Source of the DNA: an uncultured Chloroflexia bacterium | GTDB taxonomy: Bacteria; Chloroflexota; Limnocylindria; Limnocylindrales; CSP1-4 | Assembly: GCA_963819655.1 (NCBI GenBank) | Contig: CAWFXA010000001.1 | Location: forward strand, 320,001 to 384,000 | Direction: 5' to 3' | Length of the DNA stretch: 64,000 nucleotides | In this document: one piece after another, positions 52,121 to 61,800 of the stretch | How the letters are laid out: each line of letters opens with the position of its first letter | Numbering within the stretch: the first letter of the stretch is position 1 | Translations under genes and position numbers: made by a program | The notes under the pieces: generated by a model | Seen by the model: only the letters and a program-made list of their open reading frames with translations | What the model was told of the DNA's origin: nothing | Database searches by the model: none

Positions 52121-53743
52121 ATGACCGACCGAACCACCCTCCAGCCACCGACCGATGTGCCGGACATCGACGCCTACCTGAGGCGCTTCGACTGGCACCC
52201 GGAACCCGAGCTCATCGGCTATCGCGACGAGGCGACATCCCGGGCGGCCCTGGCCTCGTTGGGCGCCAAGACCTGGCACGAGGCACTGGCGTTCCTGTAC
52301 GGCATCGCATCCCGGCGAGCCATGGGTGACGCGTCGCCTTATCCCGAGGCGAGGCGACGGTATTACGGGTCCGATCCCGCCGGTCCGCGCGACGGCCCGG
52401 GCGCCGCTCCGGATGGCCCCCTGCGAGCCGCCGAGGTGCTCGCCGAGTTCTCCGACCGCCTCGCGGGCGGGCTCATGAACGCGCAGCATCCCCGCCAGTT
52501 CGGCTATTTCACACCGCCGCCGCTGCCGATGTCGATCATGGGAGAGCTGCTCGCCCAGATCGCCAACCAGGGCGTGGACGTCTGGCACGCCGGCCCGTTC
52601 GCGGCCTTCGCCGAGGAGGAGGTCGTCCGCTGGCTGTGCGACCTCGTCGGGTACGGCCCGGGATCGTTCGGGCTGCTGACGAGCGGCGGGGTCATGGCCA
52701 ACTTCATGGGCATGGCCCTGGCTCGCGACCTGCACCTTGGCCGCGCCCGCGGACTCGCGGCGCCGCCGCGCGGCAAGGATCTCGAGGCTGCCCGTGTCTA
52801 CACCAGCGACCAGACCCATTTCTCGATCGCGCGAGCGCTCGACGAACTGGGGTTCCCGCCCGAGACCCTGGTCGTGCTGCCATCCGACGACGACTTCCGC
52901 CTCCGCGGAGCCCCCCTCGCTGAGGCCGTGGCACGTGATCGGGGCGCCGGGCTGACGCCATTCGCCATCGCCGCGGTCGCCGGTTCGACGAACACCGGCT
53001 CGGTCGATGCCATCGGGGAGCTGGCCGACGTCGCCGATGCCGAGGGTCTGTGGCTCCACGTGGACGCTGCATACGGCGGCGGGGCCCGCCTGTCCGAGCG
53101 GGACCGTGATCGCGTCCCCGACCTGGAGCGCGCGCATTCCGTCACGGTCGATCCCCACAAGTGGTTCTTCCAGGCATATGACATCGGGGGCCTGCTGGTC
53201 CGCGACGGCCGGGCGCTGGCTGCGGTATTCGGCGGCCGGGCTCCCGAGTACTACCGCGGCGGGGAGACTCCAGGGAGCGGCGTCCTGGACTCCTTGCCTG
53301 ACGATGAGCACGACCAACACGCCGACCAGCTCAACTTCTACAAGCTGTCATTCGAGGGAACTCGCCGGTGGCGGGCGCTCAAGCTGTGGATGACCTGGAA
53401 GCACCTCGGGACGCGCGGCTTGGGACGGCTCGTCGAGGCCAATGACGACCTCGCCGCCTACCTCGCCGCGCGCTGTGCGGCGGACGACGATCTGGAGGCG
53501 CTGCCGGCCGTGCCGGAACTGTCGGTGGTGTGTTTCCGGCATGTCCCTGCGGGCCTCGCTGGGGAGGCGCTCGACGCCCACCAAGACCGACTCCAGGCTG
53601 CGCTGGAGGTGTCCGGTGACGGCTGGCTGACGACGACCCGCCTGCGTGGCGCCACCTGGCTCCGTGCCGGGATCGTCAACTACCTCTCTACTGAGGCCGA
53701 CATCGACCGATTGCTCGACACGCTGCGACGACTCGCGGGATGA
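52121..53743 (+). CDS. Group II PLP-dependent amino acid decarboxylase (AADC/DABA-DC-like)
   Basis: HP..FG, G..TSGG..AN, HFSI, GST.TG..D, WLHVDAAYGG, DPHKW, ALKLW. Confidence 0.9.
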   Translation: MTDRTTLQPPTDVPDIDAYLRRFDWHPEPELIGYRDEATSRAALASLGAKTWHEALAFLYGIASRRAMGDASPYPEARRRYYGSDPAGPRDGPGAAPDGPLRAAEVLAEFSDRLAGGLMNAQHPRQFGYFTPPPLPMSIMGELLAQIANQGVDVWHAGPFAAFAEEEVVRWLCDLVGYGPGSFGLLTSGGVMANFMGMALARDLHLGRARGLAAPPRGKDLEAARVYTSDQTHFSIARALDELGFPPETLVVLPSDDDFRLRGAPLAEAVARDRGAGLTPFAIAAVAGSTNTGSVDAIGELADVADAEGLWLHVDAAYGGGARLSERDRDRVPDLERAHSVTVDPHKWFFQAYDIGGLLVRDGRALAAVFGGRAPEYYRGGETPGSGVLDSLPDDEHDQHADQLNFYKLSFEGTRRWRALKLWMTWKHLGTRGLGRLVEANDDLAAYLAARCAADDDLEALPAVPELSVVCFRHVPAGLAGEALDAHQDRLQAALEVSGDGWLTTTRLRGATWLRAGIVNYLSTEADIDRLLDTLRRLAG

Positions 53744-54180
53744 GGTCGGTATTCGCCCTGGTCCTGATCATCGCGCTGGCGACGATGGCGATCGTGGCGT
53801 GCTCGGCCGTCCCGGTCTTCGGGCGGTGCGATGTGATGCTCACGGCCCTGCCCCCGGGAACGCTCATCGACGAGACTGCCCCGTTGCCGGCCGACGCCGT
53901 CGTGCTCGCTGGCCCGGCGGATTTCGATCCGGACGCCACGAGCCTCGAGCGTTTCGAGGACAGCTTTCGGCTTTCGCTCCAACTCCGGGGCGACGCGGTG
54001 GGTCGGGTGGCCGCGCATACGGCGGGCCACCCTGGAGACCAGGTGGCGATCGCGATCAATGGCCAAGTCGTGCTCGTGCCGATCATCCAGGAGCCCATCC
54101 TCGACGGCGTCATCGAGGTATTCCCCGGGGGGCTCGACCCGGATGGGTTCGAGCAACAGTTCGCGGGCTGCATTCGCTAG
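53740..54180 (+). CDS. Small lipoprotein with a SecDF P1-head-like domain
   Basis: Lipobox IVAC; T..HPG.Q.AI.I.G.V...P.IQEPI..G. Confidence 0.6.
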   Translation: MRSVFALVLIIALATMAIVACSAVPVFGRCDVMLTALPPGTLIDETAPLPADAVVLAGPADFDPDATSLERFEDSFRLSLQLRGDAVGRVAAHTAGHPGDQVAIAINGQVVLVPIIQEPILDGVIEVFPGGLDPDGFEQQFAGCIR

Positions 54181-55271
54181 GCGGTCGGACCTTCACCCAG
54201 CGGCGCCGGTCGATAGCACCGGGACGTGACGGCCTCGACGCGACCTGACGAGGTCGCCGACTCGATCGCCAGCAGCACGTCGAGCACATGGAAGGCGAGC
54301 TCGCCGCTCGCCCGATGCGGCTCCTTCGATCGGATCCCGGCGATGAGGTCCGCGAGCCCGATCCCCCGGCCGACCGAAGCGTCGAAGCGGAGCGGTATCA
54401 GCTCCCAATCGCGGGCGCCGAGTGGCCGATAGCGCACCTCCCCGTCGAACTGATCCGGATCGCCGAGGATCAGCGAGCCCGCGGTCCCGTGGATCTCGAA
54501 ATGCGGCGCCTCACTACCCACGACATCGAACGACGCCGTCAGCCCGCCGACAGCGCCCGACTCGAAGGCGAGCGCCGCGATCGCCGTGGTCGGGACCTCG
54601 GCCGTGACGGTTCCTCCAGCACGCGGCCCAGACCCGATCGGCCGCTCGGTACCCACACCGCGCCCGACCGCGGACGCGGCGACGATCGGGCCGAGGAGCG
54701 ATACCAGCGCCGTCGCGTAGTACGGCCCGACATCGAGCAACGGCCCACCGCCGGTCGCATAGAAGATGCCCGGGTTGGAGTGCCAGGACTCCGGCCCGAG
54801 GTGGGCCACGGATGCGGTCGCCGCGATCGGAGTCCCGATGGCCCCTTCGTCGATGAGTGCCCGCGCCGTCTGCAAGCCGCCGCCGAGAAACGTGTCCGGA
54901 GCGGCACCGACGCGGACGCCCGCGTCACGCGCCTCGGCAAGGACCGTCCGCGCGTCGTCGAGCGTCGTTGCGAGCGGCTTCTCCGAGTAGACGTGCTTGC
55001 CGGCCCGGATGGCCGCCAGCGACACGGCGGCGTGGGCTGCCGGGGGCGTCAGGTTGAGGACGATGTCGATGGTCGGGTCGGCCAGGAGGGTGTCGATGTC
55101 GACGGCCGGGAAGCCACCGGCGGTCGCGACCGCCTCGGCGCGGGTCGAGTCGAGGTCCGCGCACGACGCCAGCTGGATGATCGGCAGGCGCGCCATGGAG
55201 GGCAGGTACAAGCCTGTGACATCGCCGCAACCGACCATCCCGACCCGGGCCGGGCGTTCCTCCACGATCAC
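54177..55271 (-). CDS. Gfo/Idh/MocA family oxidoreductase
   Basis: VG.VGCG, LT.P..H, AGKHVYSEKP, APDTFLG, GGGP..D.GPYY. Confidence 0.9.
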   Translation of the reverse strand: MIVEERPARVGMVGCGDVTGLYLPSMARLPIIQLASCADLDSTRAEAVATAGGFPAVDIDTLLADPTIDIVLNLTPPAAHAAVSLAAIRAGKHVYSEKPLATTLDDARTVLAEARDAGVRVGAAPDTFLGGGLQTARALIDEGAIGTPIAATASVAHLGPESWHSNPGIFYATGGGPLLDVGPYYATALVSLLGPIVAASAVGRGVGTERPIGSGPRAGGTVTAEVPTTAIAALAFESGAVGGLTASFDVVGSEAPHFEIHGTAGSLILGDPDQFDGEVRYRPLGARDWELIPLRFDASVGRGIGLADLIAGIRSKEPHRASGELAFHVLDVLLAIESATSSGRVEAVTSRCYRPAPLGEGPTA

Positions 55272-56089
55272 GTGCCGCGGCTGCGGGCGAGCCCTCGAGC
55301 CGTCAGGTTTGCGAGGCTCTGCCGGGTCGCCGTGATGGCGGACCCCTCGACGTGGTCGAACTCGACGATGAGCCACTCGACCGATCCCTGGGCCTCCGCC
55401 GCGGCGATGGCGGGACCCGGATCGACCACTCCCGTCCCGACGGGCACGTTGACGAACGGTTCGTCGGCATAAGCCGACCGTGGCAGCTCGATCCCGTCCT
55501 TGACGTGCAGCGACACAACGCGCTCGCCGAGTCGGCTGATCACTGTCGCCGGGTCGGCCCCGCCGACGACCACCCAGAAGATGTCGACCTGGAAGTCGAC
55601 GGCGTCGCCGAGGCCAGCAGCGAGGCGATCGATGACCGACGTCCCATCGACGTCGGTCATCTCCGTGTCGTGGTTGTGGTACGTCAGGCGGAGGCCGTGC
55701 GTCGCAGCCACCCCGGCGACAGTCCCGACCTGGTCGATGAGCGCACTGACCCCGCCCAGCGTCGCAACAGCACGCGGCGTGACCACCACGCGCGGCGACC
55801 CGAGCTCCGCGATGGCCGCCGCGGCCCGCGCGAATGCCATGGGATCCGCGAGATCGGCCCATGTGTGTGAGCTCGTGACGGCGAGCCCCAGGTCCGCCAG
55901 GAGGCGCCGCGCCCCGACCGCATCACCACCCGGGACGTCGACCGTCTCGACCCCGAGATAGCCGCTGGCCGCGATCGCATCGAGCGTCACGATGTCCAGG
56001 CCCATACCCGCGCCCCCGAACCGGACCGGATCGCGGAACGTGTAGAGCTGGACGGCCAGCGGCGGCGGTTCGCGGTGCGGCTCAACCAT
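55268..56089 (-). CDS. Sugar phosphate isomerase/epimerase (xylose-isomerase-like TIM barrel)
   Basis: QLYT.R, GY..VE, YHNH..E, D..W...GG.DP, LHVKD, G.G..D, IVE.D. Confidence 0.88.
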   Translation of the reverse strand: MVEPHREPPPLAVQLYTFRDPVRFGGAGMGLDIVTLDAIAASGYLGVETVDVPGGDAVGARRLLADLGLAVTSSHTWADLADPMAFARAAAAIAELGSPRVVVTPRAVATLGGVSALIDQVGTVAGVAATHGLRLTYHNHDTEMTDVDGTSVIDRLAAGLGDAVDFQVDIFWVVVGGADPATVISRLGERVVSLHVKDGIELPRSAYADEPFVNVPVGTGVVDPGPAIAAAEAQGSVEWLIVEFDHVEGSAITATRQSLANLTARGLARSRGT

Positions 56090-56486
56090 GTCCGTGGAGC
56101 AACCCGCCGACGTGTTCGAGCAGCTTCCAGGCGACCTCGGCATCACCCTTCACGAACGCTCGGAAGTCCCAGAACGTCATGACCAGCGTCCGCAGGTCGG
56201 TCGTCGCGGTGATGGTCGCGGTCCGGACGCGGTCGCTGATGAGGGCGACCTCGCCGAAATAGCTGCCAGGCCCCACCGTGTCGACCTCTTTGCCCCCGAC
56301 GCTGACGACCCCCTCGCCCTCAACGACGACGAAGAAGCCCATCCCATGGGTGTCGCCTTCGCGCACGACGACACTACCGGCAGGGAACGTGCGTTCGGTG
56401 AAGTCGCGTGCCAGGCGCTCGAGTTCTTTCCTGTCGAGGCTCGAGAGCAACGGCACCTTGGCCAGGAGTTCGACGGACTCGGACAT
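56082..56486 (-). CDS. Stand-alone cyclic nucleotide-binding domain protein
   Basis: VP..S.L, REGD, FFV..EG, G.YFGEVAL....RTAT..A. Confidence 0.88.
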   Translation of the reverse strand: MSESVELLAKVPLLSSLDRKELERLARDFTERTFPAGSVVVREGDTHGMGFFVVVEGEGVVSVGGKEVDTVGPGSYFGEVALISDRVRTATITATTDLRTLVMTFWDFRAFVKGDAEVAWKLLEHVGGLLHGHG

Positions 56487-56524
56487 GACGGTCTCCACCT
56501 GCGGATGATCGACGTTCAGTTGGA

Positions 56525-57844
56525 CTATCCACCGTTGCGCGAGCGCGCGGCCAGCCGGTCCTGCAGGCGGAACCACTCCCCGGCGAACGGCATGAACCAG
56601 GGCCGGCCTTCGTAGGGTGCCGGCACGAGCGGGAACCGCAGGCGCGTGAGGGCCGGCGCCTCGCCACCGGCCAGCCAGGCACCGACCTTCGTGCCGAGGT
56701 TGGTCATCAGGGCGACACCCGTTCCGCAACAGCCCATCGCGTAGGTGACGCCGTCCTTCGTCCGCCCGACGTGCGGCATCCGGTCGAACGTGAAGCCGAC
56801 GTTGCCGCCCCACGCGTACTCGATGCGGTAGTCGGCCATCTGCGGGTGGACCTCGACGAGACCCTTCCACAGGATCGCCGCCGTCTTGTCGATGGTCGTG
56901 GGCATGAACGACGCTCGACCGCCGAAGACCATCCGACGGTCCGCCGACACGTGCCAGTAGTACAGGAAGTTCTTCGTGTCGAAGAAGGCGCGCCCCTTGG
57001 GCGACAGCTCGTGGGCGATGTCCTCCGGGAGCTGCTCCGAGGCGATGATGAACGAGCCGATCGGGATGATCCGTCGGCGGAGCGATGGCACGACGCCGTC
57101 GGTGTAGCCGTTGGTCGCGACGAAGACATCGCGAGCGCGGATCGCGCCGCGCGTGGTCTCGACCCTGAACGTGCCATCCCCCTGGCGCCGGATCGAGCGG
57201 GCACGCACGCCCTCGTGCAGGTCTGCGCCGGCTCGGTCTGCGGCGGCGGCCAGGCCAGCGAAATACCGACCCGGATGCAGCAGCCCGGTGGCCTCGACCA
57301 CGAGCGCGCCGTAATACGCATCGCTGCCGATCTCCTCGCGGATGCGCTCGCGGGGCACGACCGTCGAACTGACACCGACCGACGCCAGGCTCTCACGCGC
57401 ATGCTCGAGCTCGGGCGCGTGAGCGGGCGCGTATGCAAGCTCGAGGTGCCCGATCTCCCTGAAGTCGCAATCGATGGACTCCTCATCGATCAACCGCTTC
57501 ACGAGCCGGTAGGAATCGAGCGTCTCCTGGTAGAGCGCCTTGCCGGTCTGGATCCCGTAACGCTTGATCAGCTGGCTGGCGCTCCACTTGTAGCCGGCGT
57601 GGACGATGCCGCCATTCCGCGTCGACGCGCCCCATCCCAGGGTATGGGCCTCGAGCAGCGTGACGGCGACGCCCCGGCGTGCCAGCTCGCGGGCGGCCAT
57701 GACGCCCGCGTAACCACCACCGATCACGACGACGTCCGCCTCGGCGGGCAGATCGCGGCCGGACCGGTCTGGGAGTGGTGCCATCGACGCCTGCCAGAAG
57801 GCGCGGCGTTCGAAGTCGGTGTTCAGAGGCGGGGTCGCGGCCAT
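56525..57844 (-). CDS. FAD-dependent oxidoreductase (PuuB/DadA family, gamma-glutamylputrescine oxidase-like)
   Basis: IGGG..G, GAS.RNGG, ATNGY, R..FGGR, WGG, D..PH.G, G.G.A. Confidence 0.87.
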   Translation of the reverse strand: MAATPPLNTDFERRAFWQASMAPLPDRSGRDLPAEADVVVIGGGYAGVMAARELARRGVAVTLLEAHTLGWGASTRNGGIVHAGYKWSASQLIKRYGIQTGKALYQETLDSYRLVKRLIDEESIDCDFREIGHLELAYAPAHAPELEHARESLASVGVSSTVVPRERIREEIGSDAYYGALVVEATGLLHPGRYFAGLAAAADRAGADLHEGVRARSIRRQGDGTFRVETTRGAIRARDVFVATNGYTDGVVPSLRRRIIPIGSFIIASEQLPEDIAHELSPKGRAFFDTKNFLYYWHVSADRRMVFGGRASFMPTTIDKTAAILWKGLVEVHPQMADYRIEYAWGGNVGFTFDRMPHVGRTKDGVTYAMGCCGTGVALMTNLGTKVGAWLAGGEAPALTRLRFPLVPAPYEGRPWFMPFAGEWFRLQDRLAARSRNGG

Positions 57845-57904
57845 GGTCGCGAGCGTAGCCGAGGCGAGCGCGACCCCGCACGACGTCGCGCCGGATGGCC
57901 CGGT

Positions 57905-58111
57905 CTAGGCGGTGTGAGGAAGCTCCCAGCCCGGCTCAGGGACGATCACCCGGTTCGCGGTTTCGCCGTGCGTTTCGGCGAGGTGTGCGAAGAACCGCGC
58001 GCGACGATGGGAGACGATCCGGGCGTCCCGGCACGGACAACCCTCGGCCAGGCAACCCGATCGAGGCTCGCGTCCTGCCCTCTGCTCGGTCCTGGTCTCG
58101 TTGGTGTCCAT
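57905..58111 (-). CDS. Small Cys-containing hypothetical protein (68 aa)
   Basis: GGAG/GAGG RBS before the ATG; CLAEGCPC.D.RI.S.RRA.FF; fills the gap divergent from the ECF sigma. Confidence 0.55.
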   Translation of the reverse strand: MDTNETRTEQRAGREPRSGCLAEGCPCRDARIVSHRRARFFAHLAETHGETANRVIVPEPGWELPHTA

Positions 58112-58321
58112 GGTCCTCGTCTCCGCACCTTCTATGGCGCTGCGGCTCAGGATTTCGTTCGATGTTCCTGACGACTCTGGTACGAAGATGACGTCGGGTC
58201 GGACGATTCCGTTGCAGCGCTAGAGCCCGTTGTCCGAAATCGGACATGCGACGGCACGCACGACCGAACCTGGACGTCCTGACCGGCATCAGATGATCGA
58301 ACGCGCCGCAGGAGGGAGCCG

Positions 58322-58873
58322 ATCTCACCCGCGACAGACCGATCGCTCGTCGAACGGGCTCGCAACGGCGACCTCGACGCGTTCGAGGAGATCGTGCGTG
58401 TCCGGATGGATGGCGTATACCGACTGAGCGTCGCGATCCTCGGCGACGAGGCCGATGCGCGCGATGCCGCCCAGGACACGTTCATCACGGCGTGGCGGCA
58501 GATCCGAGCCGTGCGCGATCCGGGCAAGTTCGACGCGTGGCTCCAGCGCGTGGCGGTCAACGCGGCGCGGATGACGCATCGCTCGCGGCGACGTCGTGGC
58601 GTCCGCGAGATCCCGCTAAGCCGGCTCGGAGAGGCGCCGACCTCCGGGCCGTCTGTCGAGCTGGCGGACACCGATGGCCGCGTGCTCGATACCGCGATGC
58701 GGGCCCTCGAGATCGACCAGCGATCGATCCTCGTCCTGCACCACCTCGAGGGCCGATCGATCGTTGAGCTGGCGGCGATCCTCGATGTCCCGACGGGGAC
58801 CGTGAAGTCTCGTCTGCACGCCGCTCGGCGGGCGCTCCAAGCGGCGATCGACGCCGAAGCGATCGATCGATGA
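58322..58873 (+). CDS. ECF RNA polymerase sigma factor, probable ATC start
   Basis: In-frame DRSLVERARNGDLDAF lies upstream of the first canonical start (58394); GGAGG 6 nt before ATC 58322; DAAQD.F..AW; GTVKSRL..AR. Confidence 0.88.
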   Translation: MSPATDRSLVERARNGDLDAFEEIVRVRMDGVYRLSVAILGDEADARDAAQDTFITAWRQIRAVRDPGKFDAWLQRVAVNAARMTHRSRRRRGVREIPLSRLGEAPTSGPSVELADTDGRVLDTAMRALEIDQRSILVLHHLEGRSIVELAAILDVPTGTVKSRLHAARRALQAAIDAEAIDR

Positions 58874-61800
58874 CGTCTCCGATCGCTCCGCGCGAGCCTT
58901 GGGACGACCGACGGCTGGCGGCGGCGTTCACGGCCCGTGCCGCGAAGACCCGGACGCCCAACGAGCTGGTCGGGGATGTCGTGGCGCGCGTGCGGACCGA
59001 GGATCCGCCGATGCCCGTGTGGCGCCGGTGGCTGCCAGCCGCCGCGGTCGTGGTCCTCGCGCTCGGCGTGGTCGCGGGTGGGGTCGCGTTGTCGGGCGAC
59101 GTTCGCGGCCAAGGTCTGTTCCGAGAAGGCCCGAGGGCCGACCTGAAGACGCTCGCAACGGGCGAGTTCGCCTTCGATTATCCAGCCGCATGGCACGGAT
59201 ACGACGCGTCGGCTGCGGGCAGCGGAATCTCGTCGGTCGCCGTGCTTGGCACGCAATCGGTGGAGCGGCGCTGCGGCAACGAGCGGCATGTCGACCTCAA
59301 CTGCGTCTACGAGCAACGCCTCGAGGCAGGGCAGATCCGTCTGTTCGTCGGGACCGGCGCCTATCGAGGCCAGACGATCGAAGACCGGGCGCCCATCGAG
59401 AACGGGACTAGCTCTCGGGTCCGGGTGGGAGGCATGCCGGCCATCTTCGACGAGTTCGACGCTCGACCGGACTCCTTCTACGGTGAAGACACGCTGATCC
59501 ATTGGGAGATCGCACAGCCCGGGTCGGCCGGCACGAACGTCGTCCGCCTCGAGGCGATGCTCAGAGAGCCTGGCGTCACTGAGGGCCGAAGGCAGCTCGA
59601 GGCGTTGGTCGCGAGCTTCCGCTTCACGAACGGCCCCGACCCGTCCCCGCCGCCGACACCCGAGCCGACGCCGACCGCGACTCCGCCACGCCTCGCCGAC
59701 CTGCGAGTGATGACTGTGGAGGAGCTGATCACCGCCACGGAGTCGCCGACGCCGGAGGAGGTCATCGTCCGCGGCTGGCTGGGACGCTCGAATGCCATCT
59801 TCGACTGCAACATCGAACCCGACCCGCATCCGCTGATCCCGCGTTGCGAGGAATTCGGCCTGTCCCTGTTTCAGGATCCGCCGTTCGTCGAGCGCGGAAC
59901 CCTCGAGCCTAGCTTGCCTCATGTCGTGCCCATGCTGCGGATCGACGCCCACGCGGACGTACCAGCCATGCCGGGAATCGCTGTGGAGGTCTTGGCAGTG
60001 GGCCACCTCCTCGACCACCGCTGGACGACGTGTCCGGAGGCCCAGCAGGCCGACTGCAAGGCGCGCTTCGTGATCGATCGGGTGGTCGCCGCCGACCAGC
60101 CATTGTGGGACGACCTTCCGACTCCGTGGGCGAGCCCGGATGGCTTGCCCGTGAGTGGGCCGTCCGAGGCGGTCGGGGTCCTGTCCTCCATCGTCGGTGG
60201 TGTGACTGTCGTGTCGATCGGCGTCGCCGACGCCGATGCTCTCCGATCGATCGAGTGGCAGACGCGCGCCAAGCCGGATCTGCAGACGTCGTGGGTGATC
60301 CGCGCCCTCATCGGAAGGGACGCCGAGCCGATCGCGCGAACGTTCCTGGTCGGCGACGAGGGCCACTCGACGGTGCTCGAGGTGACCGAGACGGGCCTCG
60401 TCGACTTGATCGGCCAGCCCGCGTCCGCCCCGCCGACCGAGGTGCTCGGCCTCCCGGTCATCTCCGTCGAGGAGGCGATCGCGATCCGCGATGCCGGCCG
60501 CGACGACCGCGAGATCGCGGTCCGTGGCTGGTTCCCGCCGTCGAGGTCACTCCGCTGCGCCTACCCAAGCCCCCCGATCACGTTCTTCCTAGAGCCGTAT
60601 TGCCAGGACGGATTCTCGGTGCTCATGGCAGGTCCGGAGACCTTGGCCACCGGCCTGCCTGGAGGACCCCATATATCGGTGGACCTCCATGACCTTGAAA
60701 TGGCCTGGTATCCCACGGCCGACTCAGTCGAAATGGTGGCGATCGGCCACTTCGACGACCGGCGCTCGAACTGGTGTGATGCGTCTCGGGTCGACGCGTG
60801 TCGTGACCGCTTGGTCGTCGATCAGGTCGCGTGGGCGGCGGGCGCGGCGCAGCCGCTGAGCGTCGTCATGAGGACAGGGACGGGCGATCCGGCGTTTGGT
60901 CCCGTCGACGCCGCGATCACCGCCACGACTGAGGCCGCGATCCTGTCATCGGCTGCGTATCGAGCGTGGGAACTCATGGAGATCGAGCCGTCCTTGCGCG
61001 ATGGGCGGCCCGGCATCACCGACGAGCCGATCCTGTGGAGCGTTCAGGTCCTGGAGGACGAGCGCGCCGCTACCTACGTCGTGGTCGATGGAACCGATCG
61101 GGTCTATCGCGTGGAGACGGACGGACAGACGGTCCAAGTCGGTGGCACGCCGCTCGAAGATCCGGCGCGCTCGTGGCCGCCAGAGGGTGTCCTGGACGTG
61201 CCGATGCCGGAAGGTGGTACGGGCCTCACACCCAAGGCTGGCGTCATCGACCGGAGCGGGTTGCTCGTGGAGGCACGAGCCGCAGGCGAGGCAGATCCGG
61301 GTCGGCCCATCACCGAGCTGGACCCCGGGGAGATGGCGATCGTGCAGGCGGCGCCGGATACGGTCGTCGCCTACTGGAACGGCTCGCTGTGCGACGATCG
61401 GTTCGTCCTGACCCTTTACGGTCGCGGTCCATCCGAGGCGCCCGATCGACTCGAGTTGCGCGGCGAGCGCGCCGATCTGTGCCGCCTGGCCCTCGTCCGC
61501 TACGGGATCCGGCTCCGCTTCAGCCAGCCAGTCGACGCGGCCTCCATCCGCGGCTGGGACCGTGTCGGCACACCGTTCGAGGCATTCCCGCCCGTCGACT
61601 CCACGGTCGTCTTCCTCCCGAAGGACGGCGGGTTCGAGCTTCCCAAGGTACGTGCGGCGCTGATCGACCTGAGCGGCCGGGTCACTGCCGTGCGTGCGAT
61701 CGGGCCAGATGACCCGAGAGTGCTGGACCTCGAAGCCCAAGGGAAGGTCGTCTGGATTCGTGACCGGCAGCTCGTCGGGCGCTACCACCTCTACTGGACC

